IMG/VR virus record: IMGVR_UViG_3300021142_000004
Direction: 5' to 3' (one strand)
DNA from: a virus
DNA length: 64,000 nucleotides
Under the pieces are notes generated by a model. It made no database searches. It was not told the DNA's origin and worked only from the letters and a program-made list of their open reading frames with translations. Positions 1-10,742 of the stretch are shown one piece after another. The translations under genes and the position numbers were made by a program. The first letter of the stretch is position 1. The number at the start of each line of letters is the position of its first letter.

Positions 1-287
1 TGAAACTCACCACCTACTGATTCTCTACCTTTTATAAACCCATATTGATGTGCTAATTCTCTACCTTCGCTACCTTTATAATAAGGAAACTCTTCCTCTG
101 CCAATTCCTCATCAGTCTTTGGTTTGCGGATAAGGGTGGAAGGGAGTAGATGGATACCATAAATAGAAGCGTAATTTTCATCAGTGGTAGCGATGTCAAT
201 AAGTTCTCCATTACGACTCTCTACTAATATTATATCTCCACTACTAATATGTAGTGTGTTTTTCTCAATACTAAAAACTTTATCCAT
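1..287 (-). CDS. hypothetical phage protein (3' end runs off window)
   Basis: Open frame MDKVFSIEKN... from ATG 287, promoter -7 box TATCTTTG at ~304-311. Confidence 0.7.
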   Translation of the reverse strand, partial: MDKVFSIEKNTLHISSGDIILVESRNGELIDIATTDENYASIYGIHLLPSTLIRKPKTDEELAEEEFPYYKGSEGRELAHQYGFIKGRESVGGEF

Positions 288-369
288 ATTTAAATATTTT
301 AGACAAAGATAAGGAAATAAAATTAATATGCAAAATAAAGATGTGGTATTTCTGCCAATGGTATTTATT

Positions 370-576
370 TTAGTGCATATAATCTGAGTCATTGGTGAAA
401 TACCCTCTATCATCCCATTTGAGATCCATTCCGAATGCAATAGCTGCGGTATAAGTTCCTGCTTTGTTTTTTATTGCAAGTTCCAAACTTTTTTCTAAAA
501 TTTTTATTTTCTGAGATGGAGTCTTTTTTTTGAAAAATGGGATTACTTCATTATCATTAAGATTAATTATTTCCAT
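370..576 (-). CDS. hypothetical protein
   Basis: ORF track; likely start MEIINL at 576. Confidence 0.65.
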   Translation of the reverse strand: MEIINLNDNEVIPFFKKKTPSQKIKILEKSLELAIKNKAGTYTAAIAFGMDLKWDDRGYFTNDSDYMH

Positions 577-577
577 A

Positions 578-769
578 TTATAATTTAAAAATTTTTTTAA
601 TAATTTGTATGAATAATGAATCAGGTTTTTCATTCCAACCTTCATAATTTTTACCACAAAGTGATTCACTTCTACTTAGAGAACAATAATAACCAAATCT
701 GGAACAACGTGCAAATTCACCGGAACGTATTTGATGTATGCAAGTTTTGCATGTTTTAACTTTACTCAT
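578..769 (-). CDS. small Cys-rich protein
   Basis: MSKVKTCKTC...C...C...C; start at 769 abuts upstream gene. Confidence 0.65.
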   Translation of the reverse strand: MSKVKTCKTCIHQIRSGEFARCSRFGYYCSLSRSESLCGKNYEGWNEKPDSLFIQIIKKIFKL

Positions 770-770
770 A

Positions 771-1010
771 TTAATTATTTTGTTTATCGTATTCTTCTTG
801 TGTTGAGGGTAATAAATCATTTGGATCACGATGTTCTGTCCAATGGAGTTCTTTGAAAAGATGTGGGTATTTATCGAGTTCCCAATCGTAAAAATCATCT
901 TCTGATTCAAAACTACTGGGGGTGATAATATCACCTATTTTACCGAAAGTATTATTAGGGTAATCAGCAATTATTAAATATCTAGGTATTAAAAGTTCTT
1001 CTGTTGTCAT
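771..1010 (-). CDS. hypothetical phage protein
   Basis: ORF track; PRY..IADYP...YPHLF..L.W pattern. Confidence 0.7.
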   Translation of the reverse strand: MTTEELLIPRYLIIADYPNNTFGKIGDIITPSSFESEDDFYDWELDKYPHLFKELHWTEHRDPNDLLPSTQEEYDKQNN

Positions 1011-1246
1011 TATTTGTTAGGTTTATCGGGTAATTCCATCCAGTGGGTAACGTAACTTGCATAAAAGTTATCATTACCTAAATATCTATCTTCTTTTCCT
1101 TCCATTGGTGTACCTTTTAAATCTTTTCTTTGTGTTATAAACACATATGCTCCACCCATATTGGGGTTACTATGTTTAGTTTCACCAAATACCAGGACAT
1201 TTTTAGAAAAATCTGGTAATTTATCATTTACTGAAATCCATTCCAT
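1010..1246 (-). CDS. DUF551-like phage protein
   Basis: MEWISVNDKLP...VTHWMELP signature. Confidence 0.85.
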   Translation of the reverse strand: MEWISVNDKLPDFSKNVLVFGETKHSNPNMGGAYVFITQRKDLKGTPMEGKEDRYLGNDNFYASYVTHWMELPDKPNK

Positions 1247-1431
1247 ATTATTTATTTTTTAATTCATTTTTCCAAGTATCTTCAAAGGATTCTGGTTTTT
1301 GTTTAAGTTGTCTTTTTAATTCAACTTCTCTACCTTTTTCAAAATAATAGTTACATATTGTTTTGAGATATGATTCCGCTTCTTGTTCTGAAACACCTTG
1401 TTTCACGAGTAACTTAATTACTTTATCCATG

Positions 1432-1791
1432 TTATTTGTTTTTTACTATATCAATAAGTTTATTAAGACAACCTAATTGAGCATCATGTTTGTTTTTATA
1501 TGAAACATCTTCATCCCAATTGGATAAGAAATTAGTGATTTCAAAACCATATCCATCTAATTTATTTAATAGGGATATGGGTTTAACATATGAGGTTAGA
1601 TTATATTTATCTTCAAACCAGTCGAATACTTGTGAGAATGTTGGTGCTTGTAAATGAACACCGTGATGTCTTCCGGGGCCTTCAATGACTAATCCACGAG
1701 TATCAGTCCAGTAGAATCCAAATGTTTCTTCATCAAAATCTAATTTTCTCAGTTCTAATGCTTCCTGATATGGTACATATTTTTCATCCAT
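1432..1791 (-). CDS. hypothetical phage protein
   Basis: ORF track; VPY..ALEL..L.FDE...APT.SQVF.WF pattern. Confidence 0.75.
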   Translation of the reverse strand: MDEKYVPYQEALELRKLDFDEETFGFYWTDTRGLVIEGPGRHHGVHLQAPTFSQVFDWFEDKYNLTSYVKPISLLNKLDGYGFEITNFLSNWDEDVSYKNKHDAQLGCLNKLIDIVKNK

Positions 1792-1795
1792 GAAC

Positions 1796-2068
1796 TTATA
1801 AAGTTTTAATTTTTTCTTCTAAACGTTTTGTTGCTTCATAATATTTTGCACGTTCTTCATCTAATTGGTCAATACTTTTAAAAAGGTCATTATTTTTAAG
1901 TAACGGCATCACCATCATTGAACCAAAAATACATATAAGAATCCCGACTAACAATACTATCACACCAATTTCTCTATTCCACGAACCCCAAACAGATAAC
2001 CACATAAAAGGAAACCAACCTAATAAAAGAGAATAGAAAGCAATATTATGCCATATTTTATTTTTCAT
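1796..2068 (-). CDS. membrane protein (2 TM)
   Basis: Two hydrophobic segments then a coiled tail. Confidence 0.7.
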   Translation of the reverse strand: MKNKIWHNIAFYSLLLGWFPFMWLSVWGSWNREIGVIVLLVGILICIFGSMMVMPLLKNNDLFKSIDQLDEERAKYYEATKRLEEKIKTL

Positions 2069-2392
2069 GATTTATTTAATTAAACTGTCCAAGAGAATTT
2101 TGTTATTTTTATTGTTTATTTAATATTGGTTAATGGATAAGCATTGAGGATAGAATCTTCATCAATATTACAAACATCTTGTCCATGAAGATCGCAAGTA
2201 ATTGTTTCTGCCTTTTCTTTTGCTTCGAACAACGCTGCTTGTACATATAATTTATTTTGATTAATTATTATATCTAAACATTCCTGAATTATTTCGGGAC
2301 AACATTCTTCAAGTTCATAATATTCCATATTACAAGAACTTAAAATTTTTCTTAATGTATCTTCTGCTGTTGGTATCATAATTTATTATTTT

Positions 2393-2680
2393 TTATTTAC
2401 TTACAACTTGTTTATAACGTTGAACTATTAATAGACAACTATCACCTACTTTCCATCTACCTTCATAGTTAAATGGTATTTCTACTTCTCTAGTATCTGT
2501 GGGAGATTGAACATATATTCTTGGTTTTTGACTAGGAACACCATAACCACCGTAAGTACCAGTTTTAGTGGCAGATATTCTACCTTCTATAATTTCTTGG
2601 TCAACAAATTGTAAGTTTTTATTGTCATTACAAGATAATAACAATGTTATGATTGATAATGTTAATAATCCTTTTTTCAT
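2393..2680 (-). CDS. putative lipoprotein
   Basis: Signal peptide with LLLSC lipobox. Confidence 0.7.
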   Translation of the reverse strand: MKKGLLTLSIITLLLSCNDNKNLQFVDQEIIEGRISATKTGTYGGYGVPSQKPRIYVQSPTDTREVEIPFNYEGRWKVGDSCLLIVQRYKQVVSK

Positions 2681-2697
2681 TATTTTTTATTTAATGA

Positions 2698-2735
2698 AGC
2701 AAAAATAAGGGGAATTTTTCAATTCCCCAAATTTA
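2698..2735 (-). promoter_or_regulatory. fused intrinsic terminator / host-sigma promoter (copy 1)
   Basis: Minus strand TTTG-GGGAATTGAAAAATTCCCCT-TATTTTTG; hairpin GGGGAAUU-GAAA-AAUUCCCC plus U-rich tail; identical at 14065 and 38103. Confidence 0.85.
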
Positions 2736-2738
2736 TTT

Positions 2739-3170
2739 TTACATAATTGATATTTTGATTATTTTATCACCACCTTGTATTTTATCAATGATATCGAGAC
2801 CATCAATTACTTTTCCGAAGCATGTATGGTTTCTATCTAGGTGTTGTGTATTTTGTCTATTATGGCATATAAAGAATTGTGAACCACCAGTATTTCTTCC
2901 AGCGTGTGCCATTGATAGTACTCCACGATCATGGTATTGTTTATCAGCGTTTACTTCGCAAGGGATATTATAACCGGGACCACCTGAACCAGTTCCATTT
3001 GGGCAACCACCTTGGATCATAAAGTTTGGTATAACTCTATGGAAAGTTAAACCATTATAGAATTCTTTTTCAATAAGTGATTTGAAGTTATTTGTTGTGA
3101 TTGGTGTTTCGTTATCGTATAGTTCAACGATCATATCACCTTTTTCTGTGTTAATTAAAACTTTACTCAT
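2739..3170 (-). CDS. cyclophilin-type peptidyl-prolyl cis-trans isomerase
   Basis: FHRVIPNFMIQGG, SMAHAG..TGGSQFFI, LD..HT.FG.V. Confidence 0.97.
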   Translation of the reverse strand: MSKVLINTEKGDMIVELYDNETPITTNNFKSLIEKEFYNGLTFHRVIPNFMIQGGCPNGTGSGGPGYNIPCEVNADKQYHDRGVLSMAHAGRNTGGSQFFICHNRQNTQHLDRNHTCFGKVIDGLDIIDKIQGGDKIIKISIM

Positions 3171-3319
3171 ATAATATTATTTTTATCAAATATAATAAAT
3201 GTTTTTTATAATTCAAAATTTATTATCCAAATTTATAAATTATATAAGCGAAGATAATTGCGGCGATGAAACTTAGTTATGCACCTGCCAATTGAAATAT
3301 TAAATTATTCCGTTTCATA

Positions 3320-3667
3320 TTATTCAATGATTATTATTTTATTTGTTGTATATGTTTTTTTCTTTCTTTCTTTGAATTCGATCCAACCATCTTTTGGTCT
3401 TAATTTCTTTTTACCGAATAATGGTTTATATTCTTCAATACTATTATCGGTCAATAAATTAATATCTCCTTTATAAGGATTATAACTATTTAAAATAATA
3501 CTACGTTTTGGTTTTTCACCAGTTATGGTATATTCACCATGTAAATTTGGACCTGATACTTCAACATTATAATGTGAATCATAATATGATATATAAGATG
3601 CATTAACTACTATTGTTCCATTATCAATGGTTATATTTGCTTCATCAAATATTTTATTTTCTACCAT
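3320..3667 (-). CDS. hypothetical protein
   Basis: ORF track. Confidence 0.6.
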   Translation of the reverse strand: MVENKIFDEANITIDNGTIVVNASYISYYDSHYNVEVSGPNLHGEYTITGEKPKRSIILNSYNPYKGDINLLTDNSIEEYKPLFGKKKLRPKDGWIEFKERKKKTYTTNKIIIIE

Positions 3668-3668
3668 A

Positions 3669-3977
3669 TTATTTTCTATTTAATTTAAAAGGTTTTCTAC
3701 CATATAATAATTCTTTCACATTTATTATATTATATGTCTGTCGATTTTCACGACTTAAAAATTCTTCGATATGATCATATGTTCTATGATAAATCCAATA
3801 ACAAGTATTTTCTTTATTAAATTGCCAATTATTATAATCTAAATAAGAACCCCCACCAACCCATTTATGTCCAAGGTTATGTGCAATGGACAATAATTCA
3901 TTTGCAATTTCTTCTGTTTCACAATGAAAGACATTCATTCTATCATCAAATAATTCTTCCCAATCTATATTGTTCAT
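3669..3977 (-). CDS. paralog family A protein with C-terminal RKPFKLNRK tag
   Basis: WEELF..FHCETEE..IAH.LG.KW; similar to 6831 and 9142. Confidence 0.8.
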   Translation of the reverse strand: MNNIDWEELFDDRMNVFHCETEEIANELLSIAHNLGHKWVGGGSYLDYNNWQFNKENTCYWIYHRTYDHIEEFLSRENRQTYNIINVKELLYGRKPFKLNRK

Positions 3978-4405
3978 TATCTATGAAGTTTAAATGGTTT
4001 TCTATGTTGAAATTTATTAACAACATATTTTTGAAATTGTTCAAAAGTAATTTCAGTATAATCATTTGGTAGTGTTCTTTTTTCGTGATAAACCCATCCA
4101 TTAATAAGATCCTCATCTATTAAATAATAAAAATAATGTTTTCTCAAAAGTGAACAATTACATTTATCCTCCATATCATATATCTGCCAATGTCCAAGTT
4201 CTTCTGAACCTCTTATGCACCATTTTTTGGGAAAAACCAGTTCAAAGTTACCAGGATTTAAACTATAAGGGTATGCATCAGTATATATGTGTTGAATAGA
4301 ATCTTCATAACCAACTGAGGTTACTTTGCATATTGTTCCAATTGGAACTGGTGCCCAATTATTATTTGTTCTTCTTATGATATCACCTTCATTAAACTTT
4401 CCCAT
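3977..4405 (-). CDS. paralog family B protein with C-terminal RKPFKLHR tag
   Basis: MGKF..GDI.RRT...NFELV.P.KW...ITFE.F.KYV shared with 5974. Confidence 0.8.
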   Translation of the reverse strand: MGKFNEGDIIRRTNNNWAPVPIGTICKVTSVGYEDSIQHIYTDAYPYSLNPGNFELVFPKKWCIRGSEELGHWQIYDMEDKCNCSLLRKHYFYYLIDEDLINGWVYHEKRTLPNDYTEITFEQFQKYVVNKFQHRKPFKLHR

Positions 4406-4481
4406 TATTTTAATTTTTCCATGTGTTGTTTATCTTGTGGGGTATCAGCAAAGTTAAGGAATTTAAGTGAGAATAAGAAAT

Positions 4482-4745
4482 TTATTTTATGGTATCTTGG
4501 ATTAATACTTCTTCGGTGTAACAGACTTTATCACCTATATTGTAAGTGAGGTAATCTTTGAGTATCACTTTTTTTAATGTACCATCAGTCATTAAAAAAT
4601 AATGAACAACTTCAAAGTTACCATCTGTTCCAATGGGTTCGTTCTCCATATGTTTATTCTTTATTTTATAACAAGTCGTTACATTTTCATAATGACCATT
4701 ACAAGATAAGAATAAAATTGAAAAGATTAATATTAAAAATTTCAT
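4482..4745 (-). CDS. putative lipoprotein
   Basis: LFLSC lipobox. Confidence 0.7.
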   Translation of the reverse strand: MKFLILIFSILFLSCNGHYENVTTCYKIKNKHMENEPIGTDGNFEVVHYFLMTDGTLKKVILKDYLTYNIGDKVCYTEEVLIQDTIK

Positions 4746-5229
4746 TATTTTACTTTTTTATATGTGTATTTTGGTTTGAAATTTTGTTTTTCATAATCAT
4801 CTTTCCACATTTCAATATGATCCAATGCTTCTTGTTCTGTTCTGTAATGGAAGATTGATTCATACCAAAATAATTGAAAAAACAAATCTTTTTTTTGTGG
4901 AACATAGTAGGTTTCACCTCTATGATCGGTATAAGTTTTTATTCTACATTTCATTATGAAATTCTATTTGCAAGGTTAATGATATATTCTTCTTCTTCTG
5001 TTGATAATGAAGAACTATGTCCTCTGAGTTTGAGAAGAGCTTCTTCAAACTTTTTACCGGTATAAGATCTAGGTGTGTCAATTTCTTCCAAAGTTCTCTC
5101 ATCAATATCACCGTTATCTTTTAGATAATCAATAACATTATCTATATCCCTTTTATCACAACTTGATAGGAACTCATAAACATCTACATCAACAAAATTA
5201 CCTGATTGATAAACTGATGGCATAATTTT

Positions 5230-5367
5230 TTATTTAATTAATTTATGAAAAATATTTTTTATAACTCTTTTGAAGTAACCGAAACTATAATCACAATCAT
5301 TACACCAGTCAGCGTATGTTGATGAACCGGTGTTAGTACTTCCACAATTTGGACATTTCCATCCCAT
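5230..5367 (-). CDS. small zinc-ribbon protein (not in ORF track)
   Basis: MGWKCPNCGS...WCNDCDY, 45 aa, read manually. Confidence 0.7.
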   Translation of the reverse strand: MGWKCPNCGSTNTGSSTYADWCNDCDYSFGYFKRVIKNIFHKLIK

Positions 5368-5973
5368 AATATTTATTTTTTAAATTGATTTATTTTTTCT
5401 TGTAAAAAGTCCCATGATTAAATAATATTATTTAATATTTCTTTTCCAAAATCGGAAACAATGTATGTTGGGTGCCAACTTTCACCATCTGATTCGATCA
5501 AACCATATTTTGATAAATCATAAATAAGATTGAGAGTACCATTAAAGTTTCTACTTAAAAACCATTCTTCGGTTCTAAGAAGAATATTATAATCATCAGA
5601 TTTTTTAAAATCTTCTAATGTTAAATGTTCGGTATCTCTATATTCAGCATAACCTTTATTGTTAATTTCTTTCAATAAGTTAAATGCTTCTTCAGTAATT
5701 TGAAATGATAATGTTATCATAATTTATTTTTTTTAATAAGAATCAGGATCAACATCATCTATATCCGTATCAAAACACCAACATATTATTAGTTTCAATA
5801 TGTATATTAAAAGTAAACCTAGTATTATTGCACATTCACAAATTAGACTGAATATAAAATTCTGAAAAAAACTCTGTGAATCATCAACTAACATTACAAA
5901 TCCACCACAAAATGCTGGTATCATTAATAAAACCAATATAACACCGAGAATTCTTTTAAAGATTGTCATAAAA

Positions 5974-6774
5974 TTAATTTTGTGGTAAGTTATTTAATAT
6001 TTCAGGAATTGGGTGAACATATTTCCATGTAATATTGCAAAAATGTTGATTATTTTTATCTATGGTAAACTCACCATTTCCATCTGAATATCTTAAACAC
6101 CATTCAGAATTTACGACATTTATACTAACCAAACATGGAGTACCTTTTGGAATATTTGGTTCATCTTTTCCAAATATTTCATCAAATAATTTATGTTGTG
6201 GTTCGGTACAAGCAATTCTCATTTGTTTATAATCATCATAAGATACGATTATTTCATCGGAGATTGCGAAATTCTTACCATATTTATTTTGTAATCTAAC
6301 TTTCCATTCAGGACAAGCAATTTTATGTATTCTTCGATAATTTTGTATGGATAACTTCCTTTCTTTCTTTTGTATAATTGGTTCTATTTCTTGTTTCAGG
6401 ACGTATTTTTTAAAATCTTCAAACGTTATTAATGGATATGATGGTGCAAAAACCATTTTTGGTACTCCAATACCATCGTAATCAATAAAGTATGTATCAT
6501 CTGTAAAAGTATTTCTATCAATTAATTTTTCATTGGAATTACACCATTGATTAATTATTTTATGATTATCTTTGGTTCTTAAAATAGACCATTTTCTTGG
6601 AATTACAAGTTCAAAATTGGCTTCACGATATTCACCACTTTTACCTTCTAATAAAATCCATCCTTCGGATGTAGAGACACCGAAAACTTTACAAACATCA
6701 TCAGTTTTAATTTCACCAGTAAACAAGTCAACTTTAGTTCTTCTTACAATATCACCTTTTAAAAACTTACCCAT
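5974..6774 (-). CDS. paralog family B protein, extended
   Basis: N-terminal half similar to 3977-4405. Confidence 0.75.
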   Translation of the reverse strand: MGKFLKGDIVRRTKVDLFTGEIKTDDVCKVFGVSTSEGWILLEGKSGEYREANFELVIPRKWSILRTKDNHKIINQWCNSNEKLIDRNTFTDDTYFIDYDGIGVPKMVFAPSYPLITFEDFKKYVLKQEIEPIIQKKERKLSIQNYRRIHKIACPEWKVRLQNKYGKNFAISDEIIVSYDDYKQMRIACTEPQHKLFDEIFGKDEPNIPKGTPCLVSINVVNSEWCLRYSDGNGEFTIDKNNQHFCNITWKYVHPIPEILNNLPQN

Positions 6775-6830
6775 AATTATTTGTTTTTTTGTGGATACAA
6801 AGATAAGGTTATTATATGAAATAGCAAAAT

Positions 6831-7151
6831 TTATTTTCTAAATAATTTAAATTTTATTCTACCTTCTAATAATTCGTTAAGGTCTATTCTATCTGATAAT
6901 AATTCTTTCACATCAATAATAATATAACCTTCATTTTCAAAATGAGATTTATTTCCGAACATACCCTCTTGAATTTTATAACATGTACTTTCTTCATAAA
7001 AAAACCAATAATTCACATCTAAAAAAGATTTACCATTACCCCATTGATATTCATAGTTATGAGCAATTCGCAATATTACATTTGCAACATCTTCTGTTAC
7101 GCAATGGAATACGATATGTTTATTTTTAAAAACTTCTTCCCAACTAATCAT
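6831..7151 (-). CDS. paralog family A protein with C-terminal RIKFKLFRK tag
   Basis: WEEVF..FHCVTE..IAH..W. Confidence 0.8.
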   Translation of the reverse strand: MISWEEVFKNKHIVFHCVTEDVANVILRIAHNYEYQWGNGKSFLDVNYWFFYEESTCYKIQEGMFGNKSHFENEGYIIIDVKELLSDRIDLNELLEGRIKFKLFRK

Positions 7152-7624
7152 CGTCTCCTGTTTTTATTAACATAATAAGTTGTTAATACTTTTGATGAAC
7201 TAGATATATCTGGTAGATATTTATAACCATGTTCTTTAATGGGTTTTAGTTTATCGTCCATTTCTGCAACGTATGCAAGTTTTCCGTTATAATATACGAA
7301 TATTGCATTACCTTCAAGAGATTCGATAACAGTTGTATATGAATCGGTCATTGCAGCACCACCAATCCCATTCCAACCACAAGCAGTACTTCCCCATGAT
7401 TGTAAAACTACATGGAGATTAATTTTATTCCATGCTCTTAAACTTTCTTGATCCATCCACTTCTTATCTTTGGAGAATTGTAACATTCTATCGTAATAGA
7501 TATTCAATCTTTCTCTTTGAGCTGGGTCCATTTGATTAAAGACTGAACATAATTTATTATAATCACTAACTGATTGCATAATATGAACCATTTCATCCAT
7601 ATCAAGATTCTGATCGTATCTCAT
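7148..7624 (-). CDS. hypothetical phage protein
   Basis: ORF track; QSWGSTACGW.GIGG.AMT motif. Confidence 0.75.
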   Translation of the reverse strand: MRYDQNLDMDEMVHIMQSVSDYNKLCSVFNQMDPAQRERLNIYYDRMLQFSKDKKWMDQESLRAWNKINLHVVLQSWGSTACGWNGIGGAAMTDSYTTVIESLEGNAIFVYYNGKLAYVAEMDDKLKPIKEHGYKYLPDISSSSKVLTTYYVNKNRRR

Positions 7625-7741
7625 TTTTTTTATTTTTTAATTCAATATTTAATTTAAACAACACCCAACCTACGATACATACTATTGCTGTTAAAACAAC
7701 TTCTTTTACGATGTATAATATATTTTTCATATGGTAATAAT

Positions 7742-7931
7742 TTATTTTGTGTTAGATCTGATTCTTTCATCGAAACGGGATTTCTTTAAGTAATCCCAAA
7801 AACCAGTTGCATCAAAAAAATCATATTTTTTTGGCAAGTTCTTCGGCAAAACCATTACAGATTTCTCTTACTTCAGATAGTGTGAATGTTGTTTCATTAC
7901 TATCATTATAAATGTGGGGTTCTTTTTCCAT
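7742..7931 (-). pseudogene. small gene frameshifted in an A7 tract
   Basis: MEKEPH...ELAKK then continues YDFFDATGFWDY...TK* if one A at 7826-7832 is removed. Confidence 0.5.
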
Positions 7932-8531
7932 TATTATTTAATTTATTATTACACAATTGGGTATAATTTCCTCATCATCTTCTAAAAATACTGGTTCTAA
8001 TGACCGAGATTTAAGATCTTCAACAAGAAAAATACCAGGTAAATTATATACTTTATGGTAATCATTACCTTCATCATCTATTGAATAGATTACTGGCAAT
8101 TCACCATAACCTTTTTCCCTGAGTTTAATTAACTCATTAATAAGTTGATTTACTCTTATCATATTAAATGAAATAATTTAAGTTCAATAATAATACCTAA
8201 TATTGCAATGAAGAATATTGATAATTTCATTAATGGTTCTTTTTCTGTCCATCTCATAAACATATAAGATAGAAAGACAATTGAATAAATGATGAAGATG
8301 TGTGTTAAAACTTGAATACTTGTCATATGTTTATTTTTTATTCCCAAATAATATAAAATCCAATTAACATTAATGATAAGATTGCAAATAATAATGATAT
8401 AATTGATATGGTATATAATATTTTATTATATTTTTTTAACAAATCAGACATATAAACAAACGCAGAGATTGTTCCAAAAAACAATATAATGTATAAAATC
8501 GTAATAAATATTTTAAATAATACCATAAAAT

Positions 8532-9068
8532 TTATTTTTTATTTTTGAATAGATAAACAATTGAAAATCCAAAGAAATTTTGATTTGTTGATAATCCATT
8601 TCCCGTGAAATAATATGTCCCGAAATTTACGTTATAAGACCATGATGGATTAACATCATATTCAACACCAGTTGTAAATTCATTCATGACATTTTGATTT
8701 GAATTTAATACATATCCAAAACCAATTGTTAATGTATTGGTAAACTTACCCTGTCTGAATACATTTAAATTTGGTTTAACTTCAAGATACCATTTTCCCG
8801 CTGGTGCAAGACTGTCATAATAACCACCTTGTTTTTCGATTGTGGTTTTACCAAGATCTAAACCTAAACTGATTGCATCCCATTGTCTACCAATTTCAAT
8901 ATCAAATGTTGTTCTTTGTGGTGGATTCGTTTTTAGTGTTCCACCATTTAATGATGTATAAAATGATGGTTGAATTGATATATATGTTTGTGAAATATGA
9001 TTACTATCTTGTGCATTTGAAACAATAGAAAGTAATAAAAATATAATAATAAATAAATTAATTTTCAT
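8532..9068 (-). CDS. secreted/outer-membrane beta-barrel-like protein
   Basis: Signal peptide (VSNA|QD), alternating beta-strands, terminal FGFSIVYLF. Confidence 0.65.
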   Translation of the reverse strand: MKINLFIIIFLLLSIVSNAQDSNHISQTYISIQPSFYTSLNGGTLKTNPPQRTTFDIEIGRQWDAISLGLDLGKTTIEKQGGYYDSLAPAGKWYLEVKPNLNVFRQGKFTNTLTIGFGYVLNSNQNVMNEFTTGVEYDVNPSWSYNVNFGTYYFTGNGLSTNQNFFGFSIVYLFKNKK

Positions 9069-9141
9069 TTTTTATGATTTAATAATGCAAATATATGGTT
9101 TTTAATTTAAAATTCCAAATTTTGTTCTCTAAATAATAATT

Positions 9142-9432
9142 TCATTTTCTTGATAATTTAAATGGTTTTCTTCCTCCTAATAATTCTAAAACATTTATTA
9201 CATTATACCCATCATTTATAAAATAAGTTTCACTTGCATAATGTCCTGATTTAATTTCATAACAAGTTTCATTTTCATAGATTTCCCAATGATGATCATC
9301 AATATAACTTTGATCATCACACCATTTATATCCAAGATCATTTGCAATGGTTAATAATTGACTTGCAATTACTTCTGTTTCACAATGAAATACTAATCCA
9401 TCTTGTTTGAATAGTTTTTCCCAATTAGTCAT
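9142..9432 (-). CDS. paralog family A protein with C-terminal RKPFKLSRK tag
   Basis: WEKLF..FHCETE..IA..LG.KW. Confidence 0.8.
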   Translation of the reverse strand: MTNWEKLFKQDGLVFHCETEVIASQLLTIANDLGYKWCDDQSYIDDHHWEIYENETCYEIKSGHYASETYFINDGYNVINVLELLGGRKPFKLSRK

Positions 9433-9437
9433 TTATT

Positions 9438-9752
9438 TTAATATAAATCTTCGGAAAATAAAGTTTGTTTTTCTTCTTTAATTTGTCCAGAATTAAATGC
9501 AATAATTGCACCTTCTTCTCTATTAACAAATCTATTTTTGTTTTTGAGGAATCCTTGTACATATTCACCACATTCAGTTGTTACACTTCTTAACCCAGTT
9601 ATACTGCACATTGTGTACATACATTGTGGATGTCTATGACCACAGAAAACTAATCCTACATCACAATTTACTGGTAAAACATTATGTTCAAATGTCTTTT
9701 TCAATTCAAGTTGTTTGTACCAAATTGCTGCGCATAATATTATTTCTATCAT
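9438..9752 (-). CDS. conserved phage hypothetical protein
   Basis: GHRH..C, QGFL...RFV.R.E, LFSEDLY. Confidence 0.8.
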   Translation of the reverse strand: MIEIILCAAIWYKQLELKKTFEHNVLPVNCDVGLVFCGHRHPQCMYTMCSITGLRSVTTECGEYVQGFLKNKNRFVNREEGAIIAFNSGQIKEEKQTLFSEDLY

Positions 9753-10586
9753 AGTACTAAAATAAATCTTTGTATATAAAACTCTTGATACAGATAATAA
9801 CCAATGATAAACCTAAAATTGAATATATGATAATGTTTTCAGTATCAAATCCAACATAACCTTCATTTATTTCTCTACACAATTTCCACCATGATGCAAC
9901 AGGGAAACCTATCGCTAAAAACCACCATACTGGACTTGAATCTAATAATTTTTTAAACATAATTTTTAACATTGTAAGCTTCATAATCATATAGATTACT
10001 ACTATAATGTGGATATTTCTCAGATACTGCGTAATCTATAATTTCACCTGTTGTTAAATTTTTACTTTTCCATTCCCATAAACCATCTTCATCTCTAACT
10101 GGTAAGGTAAGTACTTCACATTTAATACCAAGATTATATTCATACTCATAATGAATATCACCAATTTTAATTTCCTCAACAATAACATTTCCTTTTGTAT
10201 GTGTCATAATTATTTCTTTTTAGGTGGATGATAATTTTGTTCTAACCACAGTTGGGATATTTTATCAGAATCATCGTAACCATATTCATTATTATATCTA
10301 CTTACAATATCTTCCCAACTTTCTTGTTTTTCAATTTCAATTATCTTTGCGTACCATATTGTTTCTTTTGCAAGGAATTTCTTACCAAGATTATATTCCA
10401 CTTCCAAATTTAAATGTTTTTCCAACCATTCTAATGGATGATTATCTGTTGGGAACACTTCAAGTTCAATGTCCTTAGTTTGTTTATTGGTGAACATTGG
10501 TAAACCTTTACCATCCACCCCTGTTTTAGTAACAACAAACCATCTATCTTCTTTCTTTATTAATGTTCCATCATATACGTGTAATA

Positions 10587-10742
10587 TCATTTTCTATATA
10601 ATTTAAATTGCGTTCTATTACCTTTGATTAAATCAAAAGATTTGTCTTTACAAAAAGCTAAAATCGCTTCTTGATTATTTGCTCTAACTTTAGCGGCATC
10701 CTCTATTTGAGTAGCAATATTTCTTAAACTTTCAGGTATCAT
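10587..10742 (-). CDS. small protein with C-terminal RTQFKLYRK tag
   Basis: Likely start MIPES at 10742. Confidence 0.7.
   Translation of the reverse strand: MIPESLRNIATQIEDAAKVRANNQEAILAFCKDKSFDLIKGNRTQFKLYRK

Noticed and set aside
578-600. C-terminal KKIFKL as a tag copy
   Set aside because: Lacks both arginines; compatible with chance in an AT-rich genome.
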